Shown: positions 24,487 to 35,889 of the stretch, piece by piece
Layout of the letters: every line of letters begins with the position of its first letter
Position numbering within the stretch: position 1 is the stretch's first letter
Assembly: GCA_001949185.1 (NCBI GenBank)
Contig: BDGG01000002.1
Span: forward strand, 248,001-312,000
Source: Ramazzottius varieornatus
Lineage: Eukaryota; Animalia; Tardigrada
Direction: 5' to 3'
DNA: 64,000 nt
Notes under the pieces: generated by a model
The model's input: only the letters and a program-made list of their open reading frames with translations
Told to the model about the DNA's origin: nothing
Database searches by the model: none
Position numbers and translations under genes: made by a program

Positions 24487-24621
24487 CAGTACAAGCAAAC
24501 GGCGCACGAGGCCACGAGCCACTATTCGGGAAAAACTCGGGCGCTTCTACTTACGAATACAGTTTCAGCAAAGTCAACATATTATCCGGAAAAACGGAAA
24601 GGAAAGTGTGGAGAGGTCTCA

Positions 24622-25908
24622 TCAGTCCGTCACTCCCGCTTTAGCCAGTTCGAGACGAAGAGCGAACCTTTTCAGCTCAAACTCGCGCACTTTCTGCCTC
24701 TCGTGACGATCCTTTTCTCGCTCTTGTCTGTCTTCTTCGACTTGCCTTTCTTCCAAGGCCATCTTTCGCTCCTCAAGAGCCAGCTGGCGTTCAACAATAG
24801 CTAGTTGTCGCTGACTGATGGTACAAGTCAGTAGTTCGCCCGAAGAGAATGGCCTGCGGATTGTTGCTCTGCGTCTGGACTTGACTTTTACACTGGCCTC
24901 GCAACTTTCTGGCAGCATTTCTTCCACACCCTCTGGTGCTGACTCAATCTCCACGTCTTCAGATACGTTGCACATCAAGTCTTCCTCGGGAGCAGGTAGC
25001 TGGGCCACAGAAAATTGGTTCCCATAGATAGGATACAGTCTGTGCCACAGTGGACACCTGTCTTCAACGGCTTCTGCAAAGGAGAAGCACAGTGGGATAC
25101 GAGTCACTCCTAAGTCTTACGAGGGTACAGTAGTACTCTAATCTAGTAGACACTTTGGAAGGAGTCAATCAATCATTCGACAGAATTTGATTGATTGCAT
25201 TATGGTCTAACCCAGTTTCTGATTGATAGTTGTGTCCACAAGAATACACAAAGCGCTAGTAACGTCAGTGGCCAATAAACATGTCAAAACTTCAGCCGCT
25301 CCGGCCTCCAGCAATAGCAGTACCATTGTAAATTCAAAAATTAAAGTATCCCCAATGCTGTTCGCGCACGACGCCATGAAGATACGACAAAGCTCGATGG
25401 GTCTTTGACGCAATGCGCGACCGGAAGTGAGAAAAGCAAGTTTGACCAGCCACTTACTTCTAGTCTTCTCGTCTTCCATTCGCTCGCTGACGAATGTGGC
25501 GTCCAGATCATCACATTCCGAGCTTCCTTCAGAAAGAAAATTCAGCGCTTCTTCGTAGCCTTTCTTCAAGTGGAGCAGCTTGTTCTTGACCGTAACGGCA
25601 TCCCGATTGATGCCATGCTGCTTGAGGTAACTGGATATCTTCCTGTGCAGTTCAGCCTTCCTGATGTTGAGCTTGCCAGTGAGGGGGTCAATCTTCCCTG
25701 CACCACTGATCAGCGCGCTGTTAGCAGGTTGCTCCATCCATGTGAGAAGAACTTCTTCATCCGCTTTCCAGGATCCGTATCCGCGAGGTTGACGGTCAAC
25801 AGCTCTCTGCTCTGCACTGACGGGAATCAGAAACGGATGCTCGTCTTCCCCTTCCCAAATACGCTTCCTCCTTCTCGAGGGAGGAGCTTCACTGCCTTCA
25901 TCCGCCAT
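24622..25908 (-). CDS. Myb/SANT-like (trihelix) DNA-binding protein with C-terminal coiled coil, 2 exons (25908-25458, 25073-24622)
   Basis: W..DEE.LL.W...HRKISSYLKQHGINRDAVTVKNKLLHLK, then CPLWHRLYPIYG after a phase-1 splice, then an E/R-rich coiled coil. Confidence 0.75.
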
Positions 25909-27096
25909 AGCACGCTTGGACCTCGTACAGGCAGAGCCAGTTCAGATTGTCCTCTTTGTGAGCAAGGAGTGAACAATCAACAAAGAACCGGAATAGAGAA
26001 TCGACAAAATCTAACTAGTATCTAAATGACCTGATAAACCCAATAAGTCGATAGTGTAAGGAATTCGATTGATTGTTGATTGGTGGCTGGAACGCAGTGT
26101 TATGACGTACTATCAATACTTTTGTTGTTATGTCACGCACGTCATCCAACGTGTGTTGGCAGCACTGACAACAGTCAAAATGCAGCTGTTAAATTAAAAT
26201 TCTCGAACTTGCTCCCAGAGTATGAAACTACCACCAGGAAGTTTCACGCAAAAAATAGAAGAAGTTGGGACAGCCACTTACCATGTCGAGGACGGGACAT
26301 CCACCCGTTCGGCGTCGGGCTACTTCATTCTTCGTGGACCTCTGGACATCGGTAGTTCCCTGTGGCGCATGCTCCTCGTGGTTGTTGTAACGGTCGTCAA
26401 AGTCCAGTATCCCTGCCCGGATCATTTTGAGCACGTTTAACGCTCACTCCCTCAAAGATATCCTCTTCATAGACTTGTGATGCTTTTAGACTTCCTTCCA
26501 GCTACTATAATATTAATGTAGATACGCCGTGCCAGATCACAGTACCAGAACGTCAATGGACGAGGAACCTTATCTGACAGTTGCACAGTTTGGCTGTTCG
26601 AAATCGCCGCGAACAGTTCGCCCCGGGCAGGTGGCTTCCTCACATCGAATACTTGTTATGCTATCGCTTTAGCCTTTTCTATCAGGTGGCCACGTCGATT
26701 AAGAGCATGTTCGAAGTATTCACTGCTAGAGTAGAAAACAATCTCGATGGAACGTGCAAAGCTTTAAGCAAGGCCTTCGGCCATTTCGTTCGAGCACAAT
26801 GAAATATTCTTTACAGTACGGACATACACGTACAATGGGACAGGCCTTTTCGCTGGGGCGGTTGGGGAGCACGCACGTACTCGACCGATTCCCATTAATG
26901 TCATTTTCGCCACTTTTCTACAGTTGAATTTTCATTTTAGCGTCATTTCCGCCTGTCCCATAATTCCCCATCATAGAAAGAAGCGTAGAAACAAGGTAAC
27001 GGAAGCACGCGTTGCTGTCAACGAATACATGGTTGCAGATTACCGCATCATCGTACTAGACACATCGAGAACCACGGCTGTTGCACCAACGTCCAT

Positions 27097-30000
27097 CTAC
27101 ATGGCTTGTTCTCGCAAGTAATGGACGGCTCTTTTAATCACAAAGACCCGATCCGAAGGCAGTACTGGACAGTTTCTTGGTGGGTTACATATGACAAAAC
27201 GTCGTGTAGAGCGAGGCCCAGCGTCATCTGGTGCCATCAGGCGGTAGAGCCCCAGGCAAATGGTTTCGTACTTACGAAGAGCCGTCAGCAGGAGCGTCTC
27301 ATAGGTTCCCCCCTGTAAATCATCACAACTGAGACCGGGCCAGATGGTAACCACTGATGTTGTATGACTGACCACTAGCATGGCGTATTTGGCCTCTTGC
27401 AGACTGATCTGCTGGAGGAGACAACGGTCGGTGAAGGCTTCTTTTTGGGAAAGGTTGGGTCCGCCAATGAGGCCGGCACCCTCGGCCAGCATCTGCTCAA
27501 ATTCCGGCGTTATCCCCCCGAAGATGATGTGGCGGAGGATATTCAGTGTGAAGGGGTTGAAGTATGTCTAGTCAGACATAGGCTTAGACACTAGCTACAA
27601 GATATATGGAAGGTGATGATAACCTACGCTGACGAGGAGGGACTGCAGGACGCTGGTGGCGAAGGCGTGGCCACAGGCGAATGGCTCGGCCATAAAGAAC
27701 TCCCGACTGTCCGCATCGTCTTGCTCGATAAATTGGATGTTGGAGTCATTTACTGAAAGCTAACAGGAGATGGAAACAGAACAAAAGATGTGTATAGTGC
27801 GAGGCCGATAGGGCAGCGTACAGTATGTAACAGTTGAGACTACCGTAATGCCTCATGAACTTCGCGAAGCACGTCATCATACGCGTACAGTTCAACTACC
27901 GGTCCGAAAATTTTACCCTACCAACCCCCTAAGGGATCTTTCGCGCGTACCATGATCTGCTTCACGAAGTTCATGAAGCATTACAGTACGTACTCACTCA
28001 GTTCCGTAAGGAGCGGTACAAGGAGGCCGGGTACTACCCGCCCTCCAGGAAGGGACTTTGCAACGCTACGAGCAGCCTGCCTGCCAAAGGTAGCTATACG
28101 AAACCAAACATAGTAATGGCTCCACTGATTCTCGATGACTCGAAGAACAGCATTTGTCCAAGGCCAGTTCTTACCGTCGACGGATGCTTCAGGACCCGAC
28201 GTCCTGTGGGTTGGTCGATGTCTGGACACTGCTATCGGTGTATCATTGAAAGCATCATCCAGCATGCCAAAGTTCATAGCCTTGATTGTCAAAGATGCTA
28301 AAATGGTGTCTCTGTCGGAAAGCAGAGAGCCGCCTCCATCCAGGCCTGTTGTGGCAGTCAGCAGCAGAGTCCTCTTAGACGTGTGAATATTAACGGCGCG
28401 CAAATCCGCTCTGCTCAGCCCGAACACCTGCATGCAATCCACTGACCATAATTGACGGTCGTCAAGCGGACAAAAGACTGTGAGATGCCTGTATAAGCTT
28501 GCCTCAACCAAGTGGACCTTGGGGAAACTCATCAAGTTCTTCCATTCCAAGGCTAGAAATCTGGGGTCACTGAGGATGACGATATCGTGCAAGTCCTCGT
28601 ATCGGCTTGTCGAGCTGCGCAAGGCTTGGACAAAGTTGTTCAATCCGATGACCGATGTCGTCTCACCGGTAAAGACGACCAGGACGATATGGTTGCTAAA
28701 GTTCCGTCGTGCAGCCTGAAAGCGGTCCTACAAAGCAGACAAGCCTGCAATGAAGACAGCCAGCTGCAAAGCACGCCCCCCGTCCCCATCGGATGCGAGC
28801 TGGTGCTACATTTTGAAGTCAGAATTGGGTGTTCGGGTCAGCATTTTACCATGAGAATATCGTTGAAAGGCTTGGGCGGACACCACCAGAACATGCCGGT
28901 GGAATCGAAGCGTGGCTCTCCTGTCAACCTCAAGACGTGGCCTTTTTCGTCAGTAATGGGCTTGTTGACATTCTTCTTATTCCATACGGCCCTGGCCAAC
29001 AAATTGACACAGCTGAGACCCGAATGGATTCCGATCTAAGCGTCGACTGTCTTACATGCTTCCAAAGTGGCGCATGAAATAGACAATCTTTTTCTCGACG
29101 GAGGTGAAGTATGTTCTCTCCAACTCCTGCAACTCTAGGCGCCGCTTTTCCACCTGGACGGTGCTGATACGTCGACGATCGCCCAACTTGGCCAGCTCCG
29201 TCGCCGCTACCGATGAAAAGAAATAGCCGGTCGGCAAACTTTCTTGTTCCGGGCCTTTCGGCCCTTCCATGTTTGGCGACGATCGGACTCGCCCGACAAA
29301 GTTTCCGTTGGCCATCGGCGATGAAGGATGGTCAAGAGATGGCTTGTCGTACGCTTGGTCGCAACAACATGGCTGGATAAGGTGGGCATCGGCCAGGTCA
29401 TTATGACACCTTTGACAAAAGCGCCATGCCCTGCAACACAACAGATACTGTATACCTCAGGTGATCGCGGCCGCTGATGGAGATCAAGTATTGGGCAAAC
29501 CGTTCGGCCTGTTGGGCGCTATCCGCAAGGAAGCAGCCGCAAGTGCCGTTGGTCACAATGAAATCGGGCGGGTTGAGGATGAACTGCAGGGAGAAGAAAG
29601 AGGCGCCTTCGACAGGCGGTTTTGCCATCGCAATCAGGAGAATATCCAGTTTTAGATAACAGACTTCGGCGGCAGCTTCGAAGGAAAGTCCCTCGAATGC
29701 TCGACTCATTCGGCTGGTGTACATTTCTTTGCCGGCCCCGGTTACATACTCATTCATCCATACAGGGTTCTATCATATAAAAGATGCTTCGGCCAGGCTA
29801 CAAGAGTTTTGTGCGCCATAGCCCACCTCGTCAGATGTGTCGCTCGAGCGGGAGGCGAAAAGGTTGCCCATCAAAGTGGAGAACCCAGGGGCTACACAGG
29901 ACTGTGCCAGCAGACCCAGCTTGATTTCCGGCAAACATACCACGTTGTCACCCACTTGTGGGTCCCAGTTTGGTATACTCGTCAGATAAGACTGCAATAC

Positions 30001-32452
30001 ACCATTACAACTAAGTCGCAGGCAAACAAAACGTGCTGTGCTGTGCAAGATTACCATCTGAAGTGGCGCACGCGTCTCACCAATAAGAACGACAGCGTAC
30101 GCCACTTGCCAAAGCAATCGAAACTAGGCAAAATCCTTCTGCCAAGTGACGCATGCTTCCAACCAACAATACCACAGGCGTGCGCCATCTGGGAAAACAA
30201 ATCATCTGGAGGAGGCGCAGGTTCTTAGTGCCATCGACTGGACGCGTGCGCCAGTTGGAGAAACGATCTTTTACGCTGAGTTTACCAGGCAGCTTCCCAA
30301 CCACAGTAACTAAGATTGCTCTAGGTGACTGAGGAATATTTGGTACATACCTTGCTGCGATATTGGAGGAGCTGGACGATTATGCGTGTCTTTGGATGGT
30401 AGTTCTTGACAGCAACGACCTACAAAGATTCCTGTATGACGCGGGGGTAGGAAAGAGAGTAGGAAATCAGTATACTTGCTCGCATGATGTTGTTTCCGTC
30501 CTCTGCTTCGGCATTGCTGGTCGGGATGTCGGCTAGAATGAGGACGGCATCGGCTTCGTGAACTTTTGCGCGACTACAGTCGCCGGGAACCAGAACGTCC
30601 CCTTGAAGGTAGCCAATCTGGAATCTGTTCATCTTGATGAAGCGGGCAAACTCCATGTTGGGCTCCGTTCTACGGACCATGCAGGTCGTACAGAAAAGAG
30701 CTCTCTCTCTCTCTCTCTCTTGATCAAATCATCGTAGACACAGATGCAGAGAGCGACACTCACGTACGGTTCAAGACAGATAAGTTTGATTCCTTCGATA
30801 TTGCGATCCGGGTGGAAGAACTCGTTGAAGATGGCCACAATGGTGGCGTGGGTCACGTATCCACAAATCACGACATGTCTGGGGAAAAGTGGTGAAAGGT
30901 AGGCAAGGCTAAAATTAATTCAACTTGGCCGGGACTGTAAATACTTTTCGTTATGGACGCTCCGATATTCGCCCGAGTATTTTCGCCGACTTCCCACCAG
31001 ACGCGCCACGTCGGGCAAAGCCAGTGCTATGACAGCCTAAGCACAACGCTGGGTAAGGCTAAGGGCAAAAAACACAACAAAGCACGATAAGAAAGAAGTA
31101 CCAGCACGACTATGACAAGGCAGCAGTTGGTCATTTTGCCCAGGACGGTCTTGACGTAAACATCAGCGGAACCCAAAGTGGCCATGGTACCAAAGGCAAA
31201 GTAGCAAAAGTCCCAGTACGATACTCGTTGCCCATCAAAGGCTTGATAGAAGGGGTCGCCCGAGTTTTCCACCTGAATAACACCCCATAAAAAGACAACA
31301 GTGGTCATTTCATCAACCGAAGTGGGTGCAGAACTGATGTTGGAGGTACCAAATGGAAGAGGCCACCAGCAGCCAGCAAGATGGCGATCCAGGTCAGGGC
31401 CAACTGCATCAGCTTGATTTTGGCGGGGCTGAAGATCAGACCGATGGCAGCCAGCAGAGCCGGCAGTCGACGAAGGTACAAGACACGAAGGAACTTCAAG
31501 CCTGTCCACATGATTGTCACAGTCAACGATCAGAGCATTTGCGCTGACCAGTAGAGGGAAAAACCCACGTATACCTATCCAGTCGCGATCCAGCATGAGA
31601 CCGACAAAGGCCGGTGGCACCGTAAAGTAGTCGATGACGGAGTAAAGGTTGAAGATAAAGGTCACCTTATCATCCGCCGCCAGAAACTATCAAAAGCACA
31701 TATAGTTGCAGCAGGTGTCCAAGAAGGCCATCAAAGGTCAAGGAGGTCGACCCTATTACCCGAAGGACGTAGTAGAGCAGGAAGAAGCAGTTGAAGGCAA
31801 AGTCCACCTGCTGTGGCGCGTTGGCCAGCCAGGCTCGGCACCATTCCACGTCGCGGATTCGACTGCAAATTGGTCACTCTCATAACACCTTACCACTCTG
31901 TGCTATTTCCAAGGAATTTTGTGGTCGTGCGCTATATATGGCTGGCCCAGAACTTACTGCGAGACGCTGCTGTAGTAGATCATCAAGGAGCACATGCTGA
32001 AAAGAAAGGCCAGTCCTGACTGCAAGAGCACAACCTACAGTTTACTTATTACATTGTATCGCCCTCGTTACTCGGCCGATAACCAACACTAATGCCCAAA
32101 GCATTTTAGCCATTTAAATCAGCAGAGATGATACCAGGATCCGTCCAGAGAGGTAATGATCAGAAACGAGCCTATCGGCGGCACTGCGCAGGGCTGCCGT
32201 CCGGCGCATCTCCTCCAGTGTTGGCCCTTTGTGGCTGGGCACTGCCTTGATGCTCTTTGCCCTGTCAGCCCACAAGACGGCCACCATTCTCTTGCGGTGC
32301 TCCTCTTTCCTCAAGTAGAGGACTAGCCTGAGGCCTCCGACGAGGCTGGCCAGAATGAAGGGGCTGCAAATGCTGGACAGGAGGAAGACCCACCATAGGC
32401 GCTCTTTGCCCAGCACGACACATGGTGCGTTGTAGCTGGGGATAACCATCAT
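27097..32452 (-). CDS. Divergent Slo/BK (KCNMA1-family) channel-like protein, multi-exon
   Basis: S0 [32 protein letters not shown]1 [64 protein letters not shown], and C-terminal [15 protein letters not shown]. Confidence 0.9.
27843..27986. mobile_element. TA-flanked foldback MITE in a Slo intron
   Basis: TA-CCGTAATGCCTCATGAACTTCGCGAAGCA ... TGCTTCACGAAGTTCATGAAGCATTACAG-TA: 3 mismatches in 31 bp. Confidence 0.75.
30050..30270. repeat. N27 element trimer, Slo intron
   Basis: Three units, all with 27-nt spacers. Confidence 0.85.
30701..30720. repeat. (CT)10 microsatellite in a Slo intron
   Basis: Read directly from the sequence. Confidence 0.9.
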
Positions 32453-32863
32453 CGACTACAGTCAACAATAGCTGCACGCTTGGCCCCAAATCCCAGGAGG
32501 AAGCCACAAAATGTGGGGCCGACAGCACCTGTCGTATGCGCTACCTGAAACTTGTCTGCCTTGAGCTACGAGCAAACGTAGACTGTGCGCTATTAAGGGC
32601 CACTCAAAAGATTTACAGTGTAGGTTATGAAGTTTTACCCGCTGCAGAGTATTAAAAGTGTCTTACTATTACGGCAGAAGCAGCTTCAGTGCTCTTATCA
32701 GCAAATTCACTGTACGGTGGGAGACGTGCCAAATCTATTTAATACTCGTTCTGTGCTACCACCACCACCAGTACAAGACCAGGTGAACGGCGTGGACATC
32801 CGAGCCACAGCCAAACACCGATCGCAGGGTCGTCCCGGAAATTGTCGTCATAGAGTAGCTGTA

Positions 32864-33002
32864 NNNNNNNNNNNNNNNNNNNNNNNNNNNNNNNNNNNNN
32901 NNNNNNNNNNNNNNNNNNNNNNNNNNNNNNNNNNNNNNNNNNNNNNNNNNNNNNNNNNNNNNNNNNNNNNNNNNNNNNNNNNNNNNNNNNNNNNNNNNNN
33001 NN
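32864..33002. other. Assembly gap (139 N)
   Basis: Run of N. Confidence 1.
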
Positions 33003-33619
33003 AGTTCTATGAGTCATCAGTTACCGCACCCGCTGCTGTATTCCCCCTGACAGATTTCGTTCATATATTATACTACAGTAGTTCCGCGTATTTGCTTACT
33101 ACCGTACTGTTCTTGGTGGTGCGATGAGCCGTGGATGGTGTCAAAATTCTAGATGCAACTGGTGAGAAGAGCCCTTCGGTTGTGTTACTAAAAAATGCGG
33201 TGGTGAGATGAGCCCATCGGTGGTGCTGGTGGTGAGAGGAGCCCTCTCCATTATTTTTAGCCCAGATGCTGAAAGCCCGAAACAACTGTAGGGAAAGTCA
33301 GTTACGTTACGTAACTTGTCCAATTAGTAATTAAATAAACCAGTCCACATTGCAAGGCACAAACTTCCTTCAAGCGACTTGAAAAGGTGTAGTTAAACAG
33401 CCAGAAGAGGGGAGAACTTGCGATACCCGCAAGCGAGATACACCAGAGCCTTGAGCGGAAAGGAAGTTCTTTGATGGACCAGCTATCGACAGCAGTGCGT
33501 AACATGAACCCTCAACAAGACTGACAGGCGCGGAATGTCCCTTCTTGAACCGTAAACGTTCGCGCTTTATCGGAAACCCAACAACTGCACGAGGAACCGG
33601 ACGGTCACTTCATCTTGAA

Positions 33620-33805
33620 CCTGGACAGATAACTCAGCATGCTCGTCTTCTCAAGTGGCGCACGCTATCAGCCAGTAAGGCTGATAATGTGCGCCAGTTT
33701 CGGGAAATAATCTAATCTTTAGCTCGTTTTCTTGAGTGGCGCACTTTGTCACTGTCGGCGGCCTGGAGCTGTGCGCAACTTTGGACAACGATTTATTCGA
33801 GTTTG
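33620..33805. repeat. N27 element dimer, outside any confidently called gene
   Basis: Spacers of 27 and 28 nt. Confidence 0.85.
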
Positions 33806-33985
33806 TATGCTCAGATCTCACAAGTTCTTTACAGCGTCACATCGATGCGCTGAAGCTGCCCCAGGCAAAAAGCCTAACGTGTCTATCACATGGACTTGAC
33901 AACACAGGGATGCTAGACGGGTGAAGCGTCCAAAATAATTACGGGTAACAAGAGTCGTTTCCTTCAGGTAGCACTAGTGGAGCTT

Positions 33986-35139
33986 TCATGGTGCAGCGGT
34001 GGTGGTGGCAGCTTGGGCTTGTTCCAGCAAGTAGCGCTCATAGTAGGTCTGGTAAATAGGGATACCCTTGTAGTAGCTGAAGCCGTCGTTGTAAGGGTCG
34101 GGTGTGGTCGAGGCGTCGGCGTACCCAGCACCACCGTAACCGGGCGATCCTCCGCTGTAGGAGGAAGTGCCGTTCTGCGCGCCATAGCTATCCGTACCGC
34201 CACCGTAGCCTGACTGACCCACACCTTGCACACCATAGCCCGTGTTGTACGACTGCGTACCTCCACCACCGCGCGGGAAGGCGTTCATGATGGGCACGAC
34301 GAAACGTGGGCCGCCGTCGAACCATTCGGTCCAGGGATATCTACGACACAACTACACTTAATCAACTTTGAAAACTAATTGCAGAAAATTCGCCATTCAG
34401 TGTTCTTCCTTTCCCGTTAAATCGTAAAAAACTGCCAACGTTTTTCAATTACTATATCTAACTCAACACAGTACCGATATTATCTACGTTATATTTTGAC
34501 CAACTTGAACAAGGTTTTTATGATTGGAAAAAGGCTTGAGCTGCAAAGTGACAGAGGACAAACGTACCCGTAATGACCATAGTACAAGTTGGGCAGCCAG
34601 TATGGTGTTCGGAAGAAGACAGGTTTCTCATCGATGGGGACGGGTTTCTTGAAGTAGACGCCGCTACCTTGGCCATGTCCACCATACGGGCTGGAAGCTC
34701 CATACTGGCTATAGCCCGAGCCACCATAGCCGCGAGCGTCGGCTCCACTGTCATACCCGCCCGTCTGGGCGGCCAACTGACCATACGGCCCCGGAAGTGA
34801 AGCGCCACCTCCGGGATACCCTCCACTCATGGCTGGTGCTGCCGCGTATGATCCCGCCTGACTGGATATTACTGTAACAAACGAGAAAAATCACTCAGAA
34901 TGCCACCTTGTGCTATCCACTTTATGAGCGACCAAATTCAGAGTGTATCTGATAACTGCGATGAATTCAGCTACACTTCAGCCTCTCTTCTACGGTCGAT
35001 ATCTGAATCTACTCCAAACTGGCAGTCGACAAACTCCTACTTTCACCGTTTTTTTGTCCGTTCTGCGCAAAGAAGTCTTACCCGAAAAAAGAAATCCGAA
35101 ACAGAGGGAGAGGAACAGGAACAAGCTTTGGTGGTCCAT
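33986..35139 (-). CDS. Secreted Gly/Tyr-rich protein, 3 exons (35139-35082, 34871-34568, 34340-33986)
   Basis: The spliced N-terminus MDHQSLFLFLSLCFGFLFSVISS-Q is signal-peptide-like. GYG/SYG repeats flank an aromatic/Pro-rich core (KPVFFRTPYWLPNLYYGHYGYPWTEWF). Splice phases are consistent. Confidence 0.75.
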
Positions 35140-35889
35140 CCTCGAGGGACCCAATGAGAAACGGTCTTCAGTAGGATGTCGGAGGTTCCCGCGATCGATC
35201 AGTAATAACCCAGGCTGCCGTTTCACGCTATAGAGTGCCACATCGCTACGTCTTCAACCAAGTCTTCACACCGTCAAGATTATAGCAAGAAGAAGTATCA
35301 CAAGTGTAAAGTTCAAGAGCAAGAGATATGGAACGAGCGACGCATCGGACGTTAAGGCTCGACCGGTTCTCGCTTCAGCGAGAACCTCATTTCCGCATTG
35401 GGTAACAGTAAAAACCCGGTTACTGCCTCATCTTTCGTTCATTCACAGTAACTGAAGAGAGCTCAACGAGTGCCCAAGGGCATTCTAACAGTGAACGGAT
35501 GACCAGAGATGGCAGCATACGCTAGCGAGCGAAAGCTCACCTCATCTGCATACCAGCTGATCGTAGCATATAGGCAAAAGATTGTATGCAGGTGCGTGAC
35601 AGAGTGCACTTCTTGTCCGGCGCTCTTCCCTCCACTAAGAGTTTCTAGCAAGGTTTAGCGAAAAACTGGTCAGACACTTCAGTACTTCCACTCTTATGAA
35701 TACGCGAACACGATAAAAAAACCTCTTCAAATAATGGCCTCAATTTACAAAATAATAAACGTCGGTAATGTCAGAGGCCAACTGTGGTCGTGTACAAAAA
35801 AGGCGATCAAAATAAATGCAAACGTGTTTCTTGGACATTGAACAAATTTGGAAAGAAAGCTGACGATATTTGACTTACAAGGAAGTCTC

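Noticed and set aside
26080-26910. Short ORFs between the Myb/SANT gene and Slo
   Set aside because: I could not assemble a consistent spliced frame or recognise homology.
32627-33505. Possible small gene around the N gap
   Set aside because: The ORFs span the gap or are short with no recognisable domain; unresolved.
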